64,000 nucleotides of DNA from Pseudomonadota bacterium (GCA_027624715.1 JAQBTV010000006.1:36121-100120), one strand, 5' to 3'. Positions 28,007 to 38,679 are shown, counted from the first letter of the stretch. Program-made: numbers and translations. The notes: generated by a model from the letters alone, not told the origin.

Positions 28007-28669
28007 ATGAGCGTTCTAAACGCCCTAGAGGGTAGGTACAGTTGCCGCAAATTCTTGAGCACGACATTGTCGAGAACTGTGATAAATAGCTTATTAGAAA
28101 CTACTCAAAAAACTGCATCGTGGTGTAATACACAACCTTGGTCTATCGATGTCGTTTCAGGTGAGTCGCTCAGGAGGCTCAGTGACTCGTTAATTGAGTT
28201 CGCTTCTGAGGGCAATCTTCCCAATCCAGATTTGGCATTTCCGGAGCAATATCTAGGTTTATATAGAGAGCGAAGAAAAGTTTCTGGTTTACAGTTATAT
28301 AAATCTATCGGTATTGAAAAAGGCGATATTGAAAAAACTAGGGTTCAGGCCTTGGAAAACTTTTATTTCTTCGGTGCACCACATGCGTTATTGATTTCAA
28401 CCCCTAAAGAGCTCGGCCTTTACGGAGCACTCGACTGTGGACTCTATATTTCATCCTTCATGCTTTTGGCACAAGAGCTTGGAATTAATACAATTGCCCA
28501 GGCGTCTGTCGCAAACTATCCCGATGTAATACGGCAACACGTTCAAATTGACGTTAGCCGGAATTTTTTGTGTGGCATTAGTTTTGGATATGGAGAGGAG
28601 ACACATCCGGTTAATGCTTATCGAACAGAGCGAGAATCTATAGAAAATGTTGTGGTTTTCTACGATTAA
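28007..28669 (+). CDS. Nitroreductase family oxidoreductase
   Basis: 220 aa. The N-terminus RYSCRKFLSTTLS...TASWCNTQPW is typical of FMN nitroreductases. Confidence 0.85.
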   Translation: MSVLNALEGRYSCRKFLSTTLSRTVINSLLETTQKTASWCNTQPWSIDVVSGESLRRLSDSLIEFASEGNLPNPDLAFPEQYLGLYRERRKVSGLQLYKSIGIEKGDIEKTRVQALENFYFFGAPHALLISTPKELGLYGALDCGLYISSFMLLAQELGINTIAQASVANYPDVIRQHVQIDVSRNFLCGISFGYGEETHPVNAYRTERESIENVVVFYD

Positions 28670-28686
28670 ATTGAGAGGTTTATAGA

Positions 28687-29541
28687 TTGATTAAGCGCAA
28701 GGTACATCGTATTGTTGAATCCATTGAGACCACGGATGGTGCAGGTGTAAAACTTAGGCGTAGTATTGGATCATCTCATCTTTCCCGATTAGATCCATTT
28801 TTGATGCTAGACGAATTTTATTCGGATGATCCAAAGGACTACTTGCCCGGATTCCCCTCTCATCCACATCGAGGTTTTGAAACCGTAACGTATATGATTG
28901 ACGGTTTTATGCGGCACGCGGATAGTATGGGTAATAGTGGTGTTATAGGTCCCGGAGATGTGCAGTGGATGAGTGCGGGTCGGGGCGTGATCCATTCTGA
29001 AATGCCAGAACAAACAGAGGGCCGGATGCGTGGTTTTCAGTTGTGGATTAATTTGCCAGCTTACGCAAAAATGAAACCGCCAACTTATCAGGAGATACCC
29101 AGCGTTTTGATTCCCGAGTTTAGCGAGGTAACGGGTCGGCTTGTACGTATTATTGCAGGTCGGTTTGAATATGATGGTTGTTTGAAACACGGTCCAATAA
29201 ATGCGTTAGCGACAGATCCATATTTTTTTGATGTATACCTACCCGCAGGTGAAACCTTCAGTGTTGCTCTTCCTCTACTGCACAACAGCTGTGTTTATGT
29301 ATATGAGGGGGAGGCTATGATCGGAGATGAGAGGAGATCGCTTGTACATCGTTCTGCAGCAGTTCTTACTGAGGGAAATGCAGTGGATATTATGGCTTCA
29401 AAAAATGGAGCACGATTTTTGATCTTAGCAGGAAGGCCGCTTAATGAGCCCATAGTACAACATGGGCCATTTGTTATGTGTACTCGAGAAGAAATCGAAG
29501 AGGCAATTTCAGACTATCAGTTTGGGCGGCTCACAGGTTAA
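28687..29541 (+). CDS. Pirin family protein
   Basis: 284 aa with a TTG start. The bicupin carries the metal motif GFPSHPHRGFETVTYMIDG...HSE. Confidence 0.9.
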   Translation: MIKRKVHRIVESIETTDGAGVKLRRSIGSSHLSRLDPFLMLDEFYSDDPKDYLPGFPSHPHRGFETVTYMIDGFMRHADSMGNSGVIGPGDVQWMSAGRGVIHSEMPEQTEGRMRGFQLWINLPAYAKMKPPTYQEIPSVLIPEFSEVTGRLVRIIAGRFEYDGCLKHGPINALATDPYFFDVYLPAGETFSVALPLLHNSCVYVYEGEAMIGDERRSLVHRSAAVLTEGNAVDIMASKNGARFLILAGRPLNEPIVQHGPFVMCTREEIEEAISDYQFGRLTG

Positions 29542-29662
29542 GTTAAAGCTTAGCTTGCACCCCGGGAAAGACGCTGGTTTATTTTTCTCATGTTAATTGG
29601 AAAAGGTCTTTAGTCGGATCACGAGATCATTAAAATCACCAGCAACATACACATCCGATTAT

Positions 29663-30112
29663 TTATATTTTGACCTGTACGGTTATTCTGAATGTATTTG
29701 GGTTGACAATAGAAAAATTAATTTTGTAGTCTCCAAATACCCGTCTGTTTTTTCGTTTAAGTAAGTGGAGATCTTTGGTGATGAGGTACGCAACTGAATG
29801 GTGTCCAGCCAGACTTAGAAACTTTATGTCATCCGGATCTTTACACCAGTATTTTGTATTCTCCAAAGTTGGAGTATCAACAAACGTACATAACGCTTTG
29901 ATGTCATTTCCGATAACCGATTCTTCAGTTTTTTTTCCTAGGAATCGGGTATGTCTCAGTACTGAGACGGCTTCACTCAGGCACGCATCATCGATGACTA
30001 TTTCAATATGTTTTTGTTTTTGGAGCGCTTTTAAGGGCGCTATATTGATGTCATTGAAATAAAACCAATCAACCCATATGTTTGTATCGAAGACAACCCG
30101 CATAGGGTTCAA
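29663..30112 (-). CDS. Solitary PIN-domain protein (putative ribonuclease; PIN-family toxin-like)
   Basis: 149 aa. The N-terminus VVFDTNIWVDW gives the first PIN acidic residue, and further acidic positions lie in IVIDDACLSEA, KDPDDIKFL and ITKDLHLL. Its start overlaps the upstream gene's stop by 4 nt. Confidence 0.75.
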   Translation of the reverse strand: MNPMRVVFDTNIWVDWFYFNDINIAPLKALQKQKHIEIVIDDACLSEAVSVLRHTRFLGKKTEESVIGNDIKALCTFVDTPTLENTKYWCKDPDDIKFLSLAGHHSVAYLITKDLHLLKRKNRRVFGDYKINFSIVNPNTFRITVQVKI

Positions 30113-30909
30113 AAAAACTCATTGTCATTAAGGTAGCGCCATTGCCCTATTGGTAACTTTGATAACGTGACTCGGCCTATGCGAACCCGCTTGAGACCAG
30201 TAACTCTTAGTCCGACAAATTCACACATTCTGCGTATCTGCCGCTTCTTTCCTTCTCGTAAGACGAATCTTAGTTGATCATCATTTATCCATGATACTTT
30301 AGCCGGCTTCAGCGCTTTTCCGTCCAACTCAAGTCCATGATGAAGTAGTTCCATGCCGCTGTCTGTCAGGGTTCCAGTGACGCGGACGAGATATTCTTTT
30401 TCAATTTCTGAGTCTTGACCAATTAATTTTTTGGCAATTCTTCCGTCTTGTGTTAAGACAAGCAATCCAGTTGTGTCAATATCAAGGCGTCCCGCCGGAG
30501 CTAGCCCCTTCAAATATTGTCGAATAAATGTTTTTTTTGATTTATCTTCAGAAAACTGATTCTCAGGTTTAACCAATGTAATGACTGGTTTATATTCGTC
30601 TTCTGCTTGACCGGATACGTAACCAATGGGTTTATTAATCAATATGGTGATTTTACTAACGCCTAACCCCTTCTGTGTGAGTGTGATTTTGGCATTATGA
30701 GGCGCTCGTGTGCCAAGCTCCTCCACGCGACTGCCGTTCACCATAACCCAACCGTTGGCAATATATTCGTCAGCCTCTCTTCTCGAACACATACCGCGTT
30801 CCGACATAAGTTTTGACACACGAATCATGGCAATGGGTTCTGGCATCACCGTAGCTTGCGACGGCTTCTTGGGGCAAGCTACAGGTGATTTGAGATCCGG
30901 TCGAGTCAT
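30109..30909 (-). CDS. RsuA/RluF-family rRNA pseudouridine synthase with an S4 domain
   Basis: S4 domain (IRVSKLMSERGMCSRREADEYIANGWVMVNG), the catalytic motif GRLDIDTTGLLVLTQDG, and KEYLVRV...REGKKRQIRRM. Confidence 0.88.
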   Translation of the reverse strand: MTRPDLKSPVACPKKPSQATVMPEPIAMIRVSKLMSERGMCSRREADEYIANGWVMVNGSRVEELGTRAPHNAKITLTQKGLGVSKITILINKPIGYVSGQAEDEYKPVITLVKPENQFSEDKSKKTFIRQYLKGLAPAGRLDIDTTGLLVLTQDGRIAKKLIGQDSEIEKEYLVRVTGTLTDSGMELLHHGLELDGKALKPAKVSWINDDQLRFVLREGKKRQIRRMCEFVGLRVTGLKRVRIGRVTLSKLPIGQWRYLNDNEFF

Positions 30910-30916
30910 ATTGTCA

Positions 30917-33619
30917 TTAGGCGGCGTTGAGTAGTTCTCTCAACACGTATGGAAGTATTCCGCCGTGTTTGAAATAATCGACTTCGATCGGGGTATCAAT
31001 CCTCGAAAGTAAGGTGACTTTTCTAGTTTTACCATTTTTCGCCGTAATAACTAACGTCATATCCTGTTGAGGTTTTAGGTTGTCCATACCTAATATCTCA
31101 AAGGTTTCCTCACCAGTTATCCTGAGTTTTTCAACAGAGTCCTTCCCTTTGAATTGAAGGGGTAGCACACCCATACCAACAAGATTAGACCGATGAATTC
31201 TTTCAAAACTCTTGGCAATAACGGCTCGAACACCCAATAGCTGAGTGCCCTTTGCAGCCCAATCTCGTGATGATCCCGTGCCGTATTCTTCGCCACCAAA
31301 CACAACAGTGGGAGTTTTAGATTTTTGATAACTCATGGCAGCATCATAAATAGCCATCTGTTTGCCTGAAGGTTGCAATACTGTATAGCCACCTTCAATA
31401 CGTGAGCCGTCCTTATTCAGCGGTAACATCAAATTTTTTATCCGCACATTAGCAAATGTGCCACGCATCATCACTTCATGGTTGCCACGGCGTGCGCCAT
31501 AGCTATTAAAATCGGCTTTAGCTACTTTGTTTTGCAGTAGATATTTACCAGCAGGTGAGCTTTCTTTGATGGAGCCAGCTGGTGAAATATGATCGGTTGT
31601 AACCGAATCACCGAATATTCCTAGGGCTTGGGCACCTACGATGTCTGTAATGGCTACAGGATTCATGCCGAAGCGTTCAAAGAATGGGGGTTCCGCAATA
31701 TAGGTTGACTTGGGCCAACTGTATACCTCCCCGCTAGCGCTGGGTACTTTTTTCCATAGGGGAGTTGCATTTCCCAGATCCTTGTAGAGTTTTTTAAATG
31801 TTTTCGAATCGGTCGCGTGTTTCAGCGCATTTGTGATTTCTCGTGGGCTTGGCCAGATATCCCCGAGGTAGACGGGCTCCCCTTTTTTCCCCAAGCCGAG
31901 AGGTTCTTTCATCAAATCTTTTTTCATAGTCCCAGCAATTGCATAAGCAACAACGAGAGGTGGGCTTGCTAGAAAGTTTGCGCGAATATTTGGGTGGATT
32001 CTCGCTTCAAAATTTCGATTACCCGATAGTACTGCAGAGCACACTAAATCTTCGCTCAAAATCGTATTTTCAATTGGTTCAGCCAGAGGTCCAGAATTAC
32101 CAATACACGTTGTACATCCATAACCGGCAAGGTAGAAACCAAGGTTCTCTAGGTAAGGGAGGAGACCAGCTTTAGTGAGATATTCGGTTACGACTCTTGA
32201 TCCTGGCGCGAGAGATGTCTTAATATGTTTTTTGACGGTGAGGCCTTTCTCTACAGCCTTTTTTGCAAGAATCCCTGCGGCAACTAATACCCCTGGATTT
32301 GATGTGTTTGTGCAGGACGTGATTGCGGCAATTAAAACGTCCCCAGAGCCAATGTCGATATTACTCTGTGTGCGATATCGTTTATCGAGTTCACTCTTAT
32401 TTTTATCGAAGCCGCCAGAAGCGACAGGTGCAGAAAACAATAGCTCGAATTTTGAAGCCACGTCACCTAATCGAATTCGATCTTGAGGACGTTTTGGCCC
32501 AGCCAACGAAGGTTCAACTTTTGACAAATCAAGCTCGATGACATCGCTGTACTTGATATCTCCTTTTTTTGGCATACCAAACATGTTTTGAGCTCGGTAA
32601 TAATTCTCGAACTCGGTTACTTCATCTTCTGTACGGCCGGTATAGCGTAAGAAATCTACGGTCTTTTTGTCGACTGGGAAGAATCCCATTGTTGCGCCGT
32701 ATTCGGGTGCCATATTGGCAATAGTCGCTCGGTCAGTGACTGCTAATGAAGCTGCTCCATCACCAAAAAATTCGACGAACTTGCCGACTACTTTGACTTC
32801 GCGCAGCATTTCGGTAATAGTCAGTACCAAGTCTGTTGCAGTAACGCCAAACCGTGGCTTTCCTTTTAGGTTAACGCCGACGACATCTGGTGTAAGAAAG
32901 TATACTGGCTGGCCTAACATACCGGCCTCCGCTTCGATGCCTCCCACTCCCCAACCGACAACACCAATGCCGTTGATCATTGTGGTATGTGAGTCGGTTC
33001 CAACCAAGGAGTCAGGATAATAAACCTTATTTTTTTTGTGAACACCCCGTGCGAGGTATTCAAGGTTAACCTGGTGAACGATGCCAATGCCTGGAGGTAC
33101 TACTTTAAACGTGTCAAAAGCTTGCATGCCCCATTTCATAAATTGATAGCGCTCTATGTTACGTTCGAACTCGAGTTTCATATTTGCGCCTAGCGCGGAT
33201 TTGTTTCCATAATTATCAATTTGTACTGAGTGATCAACAACTAGGTCTACTGGGACTAGAGGCTCGATAGACTTTGGATTTTTGTTTAGCGACTTTGCAA
33301 CTCGGCGCATAGCGGCTAAGTCTGCGAGTAAGGGGACGCCTGTAAAATCTTGTAGGAGGATTCTTGATACGACAAATGGAATTTCGTTGGTGCGTTTACC
33401 TTTCGGCTTCCATTGAGCAAGTTGGCTTACATGTTTTTTCGTTATTTTCTCGCCATCATAGTTTCTCAAGACAGATTCAAGAACTATCCGTATAGAAACA
33501 GGTAGTTTAGAGATGTCTCCTAATCCTGATTTTTCCAATACTGGCAACGAATAATAAAATCCTTTCTTGCCGTCTTTAATTTTAAACTCTTTTCGAGAAT
33601 TAAACAGGTTATGTGCCAT
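30917..33619 (-). CDS. acnA: Aconitate hydratase A
   Basis: About 900 aa of canonical AcnA ([55 protein letters not shown]). The ATG at 33619 (MAHNLFNS...) is preferred to the track start at 33667. Confidence 0.95.
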   Translation of the reverse strand: MAHNLFNSRKEFKIKDGKKGFYYSLPVLEKSGLGDISKLPVSIRIVLESVLRNYDGEKITKKHVSQLAQWKPKGKRTNEIPFVVSRILLQDFTGVPLLADLAAMRRVAKSLNKNPKSIEPLVPVDLVVDHSVQIDNYGNKSALGANMKLEFERNIERYQFMKWGMQAFDTFKVVPPGIGIVHQVNLEYLARGVHKKNKVYYPDSLVGTDSHTTMINGIGVVGWGVGGIEAEAGMLGQPVYFLTPDVVGVNLKGKPRFGVTATDLVLTITEMLREVKVVGKFVEFFGDGAASLAVTDRATIANMAPEYGATMGFFPVDKKTVDFLRYTGRTEDEVTEFENYYRAQNMFGMPKKGDIKYSDVIELDLSKVEPSLAGPKRPQDRIRLGDVASKFELLFSAPVASGGFDKNKSELDKRYRTQSNIDIGSGDVLIAAITSCTNTSNPGVLVAAGILAKKAVEKGLTVKKHIKTSLAPGSRVVTEYLTKAGLLPYLENLGFYLAGYGCTTCIGNSGPLAEPIENTILSEDLVCSAVLSGNRNFEARIHPNIRANFLASPPLVVAYAIAGTMKKDLMKEPLGLGKKGEPVYLGDIWPSPREITNALKHATDSKTFKKLYKDLGNATPLWKKVPSASGEVYSWPKSTYIAEPPFFERFGMNPVAITDIVGAQALGIFGDSVTTDHISPAGSIKESSPAGKYLLQNKVAKADFNSYGARRGNHEVMMRGTFANVRIKNLMLPLNKDGSRIEGGYTVLQPSGKQMAIYDAAMSYQKSKTPTVVFGGEEYGTGSSRDWAAKGTQLLGVRAVIAKSFERIHRSNLVGMGVLPLQFKGKDSVEKLRITGEETFEILGMDNLKPQQDMTLVITAKNGKTRKVTLLSRIDTPIEVDYFKHGGILPYVLRELLNAA

Positions 33620-33707
33620 GTCTTTCGAGCCCCAGATTCTAGATATCAATAATGACCCCGTCGGCAAACTATCACGGACACCAACGAGGTGGGTTTACGG
33701 TGAATAT

Positions 33708-35159
33708 TTAAATAACAAACATATCTACAAATTCATGGACCGGTGTCTCGGCTAGCTTTTTGCTATTGAGGCAAAGATCAAGAATTAATTTTTGTTGTTT
33801 TGCAGGAAATTTTCTAGCTAAGTTCGTTTTGAACTTTTCCACCAGTACCGGCATGCCTTCCTTACGTCTTAGTTTATGGCCAATCGGGTATTCGCAGACA
33901 ATTTCTTTGAGCTTGATGCCATCCTTAAATTCGACTGTGAGCGCGTTAGCAATTGAGCGTTTCCTTGGATCATGATAATCCTCGGTGAATTTTTTGTCTT
34001 CAATACAAATAATCTTGTCTCGTAGCTTGTCAATGCGCGGGTCGGAAGCAACAGTGTCCTCGTAATCTGAAGCCGTCAATCGACCATAGAGAATAGGAAC
34101 GGCGACCATATATTGTATGCAATGATCTCGATCAGCCGGATTATTCAGCGGGCCTTTTTTATCGATGATGCGGATACACGCTTCGTGCGTACGAATGGTT
34201 ATTTTCTTAATGTCATCAGCATTTCTGCCGGTCTTATTAAGAAGTTCGTGAATTTGCATGGCACACTCAACTGAAGTTTGCGAATGGAACTCAGCAGGAA
34301 AAGATATCTTAAATAGAACATTTTCCATAACGTAGCTACCATAAGGGCGTTGGAACTTGAACTCTTTCCCTTTGAATAGAACGTCGTAAAAGCCCCATGT
34401 TTTGGCGCTAAGTACTGATGGGTAGCCCATCTCGCCGGTTTTAGCTATGAATGCGAGTCGCACAGCCCGACTGGTTGCATCGCCAGCGGCCCAACTTTTA
34501 CGAGAGCCTGTATTTGGCGCATGACGATATGTGCGTAATGATTGTCCATCGACCCAAGCCAGTGAAACTGCGTTAATGATCTCTTCTTGGTTCAAGCCCA
34601 ACATGTTAGCTACTACCGCAGTCGAGGCGACCTTAACAAGTACCACATGATCGAGGCCTACTTTGTTAAAACTATTCTCGATTGCCAAGCTGCCTTGGAT
34701 TTCATGAGCTTTAATCATTGCGGTCAGAACCTCTTGCATCTTGAGAGGCTTTTTGCCTGCCGCTACCGCATTTCTTGATAACCAGTCCGCTGTAGCAAGT
34801 ATGCCACCTAAATTATCTGATGGGTGACCCCATTCGGCAGCAAGCCAAGTATCGTTGAAATCGAGCCAACGAATCATGGCGCCAATGTTAAATGCGGCTT
34901 GAACTGGGTCGAGTTGGAATTGAGTACCTGGTACTTTCGCTCCGTTAGGAACGATTGTTCCTGGAACAATTGGTCCCAATAATTTGTTACAGGCGGGGTA
35001 CTCCAGCGCTTCTAAACCGCAACCGAGTGTGTCCATCAAACAATATCTTGCGGTTTCATAGGCTTGTTTGCTGGTGATCGCTTTTTTCGACACGTAGTTA
35101 GCGATATCAACTAGGACTTTGTCGGGTTTTGGGCGAACATTTGAAATATGTGCAGACAT
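33708..35159 (-). CDS. prpD: 2-methylcitrate dehydratase
   Basis: 483 aa, PrpD/MmgE family. It is colinear with PrpD by eye and lies adjacent to prpC and prpB. Confidence 0.92.
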   Translation of the reverse strand: MSAHISNVRPKPDKVLVDIANYVSKKAITSKQAYETARYCLMDTLGCGLEALEYPACNKLLGPIVPGTIVPNGAKVPGTQFQLDPVQAAFNIGAMIRWLDFNDTWLAAEWGHPSDNLGGILATADWLSRNAVAAGKKPLKMQEVLTAMIKAHEIQGSLAIENSFNKVGLDHVVLVKVASTAVVANMLGLNQEEIINAVSLAWVDGQSLRTYRHAPNTGSRKSWAAGDATSRAVRLAFIAKTGEMGYPSVLSAKTWGFYDVLFKGKEFKFQRPYGSYVMENVLFKISFPAEFHSQTSVECAMQIHELLNKTGRNADDIKKITIRTHEACIRIIDKKGPLNNPADRDHCIQYMVAVPILYGRLTASDYEDTVASDPRIDKLRDKIICIEDKKFTEDYHDPRKRSIANALTVEFKDGIKLKEIVCEYPIGHKLRRKEGMPVLVEKFKTNLARKFPAKQQKLILDLCLNSKKLAETPVHEFVDMFVI

Positions 35160-35249
35160 GAATTAAAGATTCCTGTTTAGATTATGTGTGAATAAAAAAT
35201 ATACGTAACAAATAATTTTTTATTTTTTTAGCACTCAATCGCCTTCTTA

Positions 35250-36404
35250 TTATTTGCGTTTTTCCATTGGTATCCACTTCAAATTCTCCTGTCCCATGTA
35301 ATTTGCACTTGGGCGGATTATTTTTCCATCGATTCTCTGTTCAATAACATGCGCAGCCCATCCAGATGTTCGAGCCATTACAAAGATGGGCGTGAACATT
35401 GATGTTGGAATACCCATTTGGGAGTAACTTACCGCCGAGAACCAATCGAGATTTGGGAACATCTTCTTCTCGTTCCACATAACTGTTTCGATCCGAGCTG
35501 CTATATCGAAGAGGTTCGTATTTCCGTTTTCTTTACACAGCGAACGCGAAACTTCTTTAATAACTTTGTTTCTTGGGTCGCTGATTGTGTAAACTGGATG
35601 TCCAAATCCAATTACAATTTCTTTATTCGTAATTCTTTGCTTAATATCTTTTTCAGCGTCCTTAGGGGTGCGATAACGCTGCTGAATTTCATAGGCTACT
35701 TCGTTTGCTCCGCCATGCTTAGTACCTCGAAGTGCGCCAATTGCTCCAGTAATTGATGAATACATGTCTGAGGAAGTTCCCGCGATGACACGCCCAGCGA
35801 AGGTTGAAGCATTAAATTCGTGTTCTGCATATAGGATTAAAGAGGTGTGCATTGCTTTAACCCATGATTCTGAGGGCTCTTTTCCATGCAGCATAGTTAA
35901 GAAGTGTCCACCAATAGAATCGTCATCGGTTTCCGTTTCAATTCGGCGACCATTATGACTCCAATGATACCAATACAACAACATAGATCCAAAGGAGGCC
36001 ATCAATCGATCGGCAATGTCTCTAGCGCCTGAGACGTTGTGGTCTTCTTTTTCAGGTAAAACGGCACCAAGAGCAGAACAGCCCGTTCTTAAAACATCCA
36101 TAGCATGCGCTGATGCGGGTATCCATTCCAAGATTGCCTTAACGCTGTTGGGTAATCCACGATGTGCTTTTAGTTTTGACTTATAGTTTTTTAGCTCGGA
36201 GACTGTAGGAAGTTTTTCATAAACTAATAGATACGCAATTTCCTCAAACTCGGCATCTTGAGCAAAATCCAATATGTCGTATCCGCGGTAATGCAGGTCT
36301 TCACCTGTCCGGCCAACTGTACAGAGCGCTGTATTGCCGGCAGGGACCCCTGACAATGCAACTGATTTTTTTGGTTTTGGTTTGTGTTCTATTTTTTCAC
36401 TCAT
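35250..36404 (-). CDS. prpC: 2-methylcitrate synthase
   Basis: Citrate-synthase-family short form ([33 protein letters not shown]). Start at ATG 36404 (MSEKIEH...), overlapping the prpB stop by 8 nt. Confidence 0.92.
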   Translation of the reverse strand: MSEKIEHKPKPKKSVALSGVPAGNTALCTVGRTGEDLHYRGYDILDFAQDAEFEEIAYLLVYEKLPTVSELKNYKSKLKAHRGLPNSVKAILEWIPASAHAMDVLRTGCSALGAVLPEKEDHNVSGARDIADRLMASFGSMLLYWYHWSHNGRRIETETDDDSIGGHFLTMLHGKEPSESWVKAMHTSLILYAEHEFNASTFAGRVIAGTSSDMYSSITGAIGALRGTKHGGANEVAYEIQQRYRTPKDAEKDIKQRITNKEIVIGFGHPVYTISDPRNKVIKEVSRSLCKENGNTNLFDIAARIETVMWNEKKMFPNLDWFSAVSYSQMGIPTSMFTPIFVMARTSGWAAHVIEQRIDGKIIRPSANYMGQENLKWIPMEKRK

Positions 36405-37287
36405 GATTATTTCCTTTCGCAAAAAGATCATCTAACTTTTTTTCGTATTGATGGTAATCGAGATGGTCATATAGTTCGTCCCGCGTTTGCATGGTGTCGA
36501 GGACAGATTTTTGCGTCCCCTCCTTGCGTACGGTTTGATAGACATTAAGCGCGGCTTGATTCATAGCCCGAAAAGCAGATAGCGGATAAAGAACAAGCCC
36601 CACATTTACGGACCTTAATTCCTCAACCGTAAACAAGGGAGTATGTCCAAATTCTGTGATATTAGCCAAAATGGGGACCTTAACTTCATCTGCAAATTTT
36701 TGATACATGCCGAGCTCAGTCATGGCTTCAGGAAATATCATGTCTGCTCCAGCTTCAGCACACGCACAAGCTCGTTCAATAGCCGCATCCAACCCTTCAA
36801 CTGCAAGCGCGTCTGTCCGGGCCATGATCACGAAGTCAGGATCTATTCGTGCGTCTACTGCCGCTTTTATTCGGTCGATGAATTCACCCTTTGAAACAAT
36901 TTCCTTGTTAGGGCGATGCCCGCATCGTTTGTTCTGGACTTGATCTTCGATGTGCATGGCGCCGGCACCAAATTTTATTAAAGACTTTACTGTTCTCGCA
37001 ATATTAAATGCACCACCGAAGCCGGTGTCTACATCGACGAGGAGGGGTAAAGAGCAGGCATCTGTAATACGCCTGACGTCAGTTAGAACATCATCTAGAG
37101 AAGAAATGCCAAGGTCAGGAATGCCTAAAGAACCCGCGGCTACGCCGCCTCCCGAAAGGTATATAGCCTTATATCCAGATTGCTCTGCAAGACGTGCGTG
37201 GTATGCATTTATCGCACCAATAACCTGTAGGGGTTGCTCAGCATCGATTGCTTCTCTAAATTTTTTACCTTGCGAAGAGATGGTCAT
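36397..37287 (-). CDS. prpB: Methylisocitrate lyase
   Basis: 296 aa, isocitrate lyase/PEP mutase family ([36 protein letters not shown]). Confidence 0.93.
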   Translation of the reverse strand: MTISSQGKKFREAIDAEQPLQVIGAINAYHARLAEQSGYKAIYLSGGGVAAGSLGIPDLGISSLDDVLTDVRRITDACSLPLLVDVDTGFGGAFNIARTVKSLIKFGAGAMHIEDQVQNKRCGHRPNKEIVSKGEFIDRIKAAVDARIDPDFVIMARTDALAVEGLDAAIERACACAEAGADMIFPEAMTELGMYQKFADEVKVPILANITEFGHTPLFTVEELRSVNVGLVLYPLSAFRAMNQAALNVYQTVRKEGTQKSVLDTMQTRDELYDHLDYHQYEKKLDDLFAKGNNHE

Positions 37288-37296
37288 GATTTGTCC

Positions 37297-37476
37297 TTAA
37301 TGTATTTCATTAAAAAACGAGCTTTTTGCTTGCTCAATATTGAACCCGCCATTGAGATAAGCCTTTCGGAGTAAATTCCAAAAGTACCGATAGCTCGCCC
37401 GGCCATGCATTTCGTTTTTATGGGAGATTGGACTCCAGTCCGATTTTTGAGTAGCTAATAAAACAGGATGGGCCAT
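37297..37476 (-). CDS. 59-aa hypothetical small protein packed between mdh and prpB
   Basis: Hand translation of the minus strand gives MAHPVLLATQKSDWSPISHKNEMHGRASYRYFWNLLRKAYLNGGFNIEQAKSSFFNEIH. The ATG is 5 nt after the mdh stop, and the stop is 9 nt before the prpB ATG. It is one residue below the ORF-track cutoff, and I did not recognise a family. Confidence 0.45.
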   Translation of the reverse strand: MAHPVLLATQKSDWSPISHKNEMHGRASYRYFWNLLRKAYLNGGFNIEQAKSSFFNEIH

Positions 37477-37481
37477 CTTAA

Positions 37482-38468
37482 TTAACCTCTTTCGAATAAG
37501 TGACTTACCGCACCACGTTCTTCTTCAAGTTCCTGAAGCGTGCTACTCATTTTTGAACGACTAAATTCATCGATGTTTAGTTCTGGGATGATCTGGTAAT
37601 CACCGTTTGCACAGATAGTGGGAAACCCGTAGATTACCCCCTCTGGAATGCCGTAAGAACCGTCAGAAGGAACACCCATAGTCGTCCATTCTCCTGCAGA
37701 GCCTAGAACCCAATCTCGGACATGATCGATAGCTGCGGACGCGGCGGAAGCGGCTGATGATAAGCCTCTCGCCTCAATGATTGCGGCTCCTCGTTTGCCT
37801 ACTGTTGAGATGAATGTATTCTCGTACCAGTCCTGATTACCAATGACTTCTGGTGCAGGTTTACCGTTTATGGTCGCGAACCGATAATCGGGGTACATCG
37901 TTGGGGAATGATTGCCCCAGACGATCAACTGCTTGATTGAATCAACGCTTAGGCCACTCTTAGTGGATAGTTGGGAGAGGGCACGGTTATGGTCGAGACG
38001 CAACATTGCTGTGAAGTTGCGGCTTGGGAGGTCGGGAGCGCTCTTCATTGCGATGTAAGCGTTGGTATTGGCCGGATTCCCTACGACGAGTACTTTGACA
38101 GTCCGACTCGCTACAGCATTGAGTGCTTGTCCCTGCACGGTGAATATCGCGCCATTGGCCTCTAAGAGGTCCTTTCTTTCCATGCCCTTTGATCGAGGTC
38201 GAGCACCAACCAGAATTGCGATATCGATATCTTTAAACGCTACCATTGGATCGTCAGACTGAACAATGCCTACTAAGAGCGGGAAGGCACAGTCTTCTAG
38301 CTCCATAACGACACCTTTAAGCGTGTTAAGTGCTGGTGTAATCTCGAGCAGTTGCAGGATGATTGGTTGATTTTTTCCGAGCATCTCGCCCGAAGCAATT
38401 CTGAATAATAGGCTATAGCCGATTTGGCCTGCAGCGCCTGTAACAGCGACTCTGATGGGCTTCTTCAT
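37482..38468 (-). CDS. mdh: Malate dehydrogenase (328-aa type)
   Basis: [40 protein letters not shown] and VGNPANTNA are canonical for this MDH class. Confidence 0.95.
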   Translation of the reverse strand: MKKPIRVAVTGAAGQIGYSLLFRIASGEMLGKNQPIILQLLEITPALNTLKGVVMELEDCAFPLLVGIVQSDDPMVAFKDIDIAILVGARPRSKGMERKDLLEANGAIFTVQGQALNAVASRTVKVLVVGNPANTNAYIAMKSAPDLPSRNFTAMLRLDHNRALSQLSTKSGLSVDSIKQLIVWGNHSPTMYPDYRFATINGKPAPEVIGNQDWYENTFISTVGKRGAAIIEARGLSSAASAASAAIDHVRDWVLGSAGEWTTMGVPSDGSYGIPEGVIYGFPTICANGDYQIIPELNIDEFSRSKMSSTLQELEEERGAVSHLFERG

Positions 38469-38665
38469 CTGTACTTATTCCTTTAATGTTTGTGTGACTT
38501 AAGTTTTATGCTACGTGGGTTCTATGGTCTGCCGCCATCAACATTTGGCAGTGCAGACCTGCATTTTACGACCTTAGGCTTATTTTGGCGCCCTTAAAAA
38601 ATAAGCCACGTAAATGTCATTTTCCGTATCGTATTGTACATTTCGCATTAACGTCCCGTCAACAA

Positions 38666-38679
38666 GTCTTATATAAGAC
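38666..38679. promoter_or_regulatory. Perfect 14-bp palindrome GTCTTATATAAGAC, candidate GntR-family operator
   Basis: Read directly, about 60 bp upstream of the GntR/UTRA regulator gene. It fits the generic GntR pattern GT-N-AC. Confidence 0.35.

Noticed and set aside
29663-30112. PIN gene as part of a classical type II toxin-antitoxin (VapBC-like) pair or defence island.
   Set aside because: There is no small antitoxin ORF upstream, because the space is occupied by a 266-aa pseudouridine synthase that overlaps by 4 nt. The 121-bp downstream spacer has none either. No mobile-element or defence genes are nearby. It is kept only as an unusual coupling.
38546-38563. Sigma54-like promoter TGGCAG-N-TGCA in the mdh/gntR intergenic region.
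   Set aside because: The GG-to-GC spacing is two nucleotides too long relative to the TGGCAC-N5-TTGCW consensus. No sigma54 enhancer-binding protein (such as PrpR) is encoded nearby.
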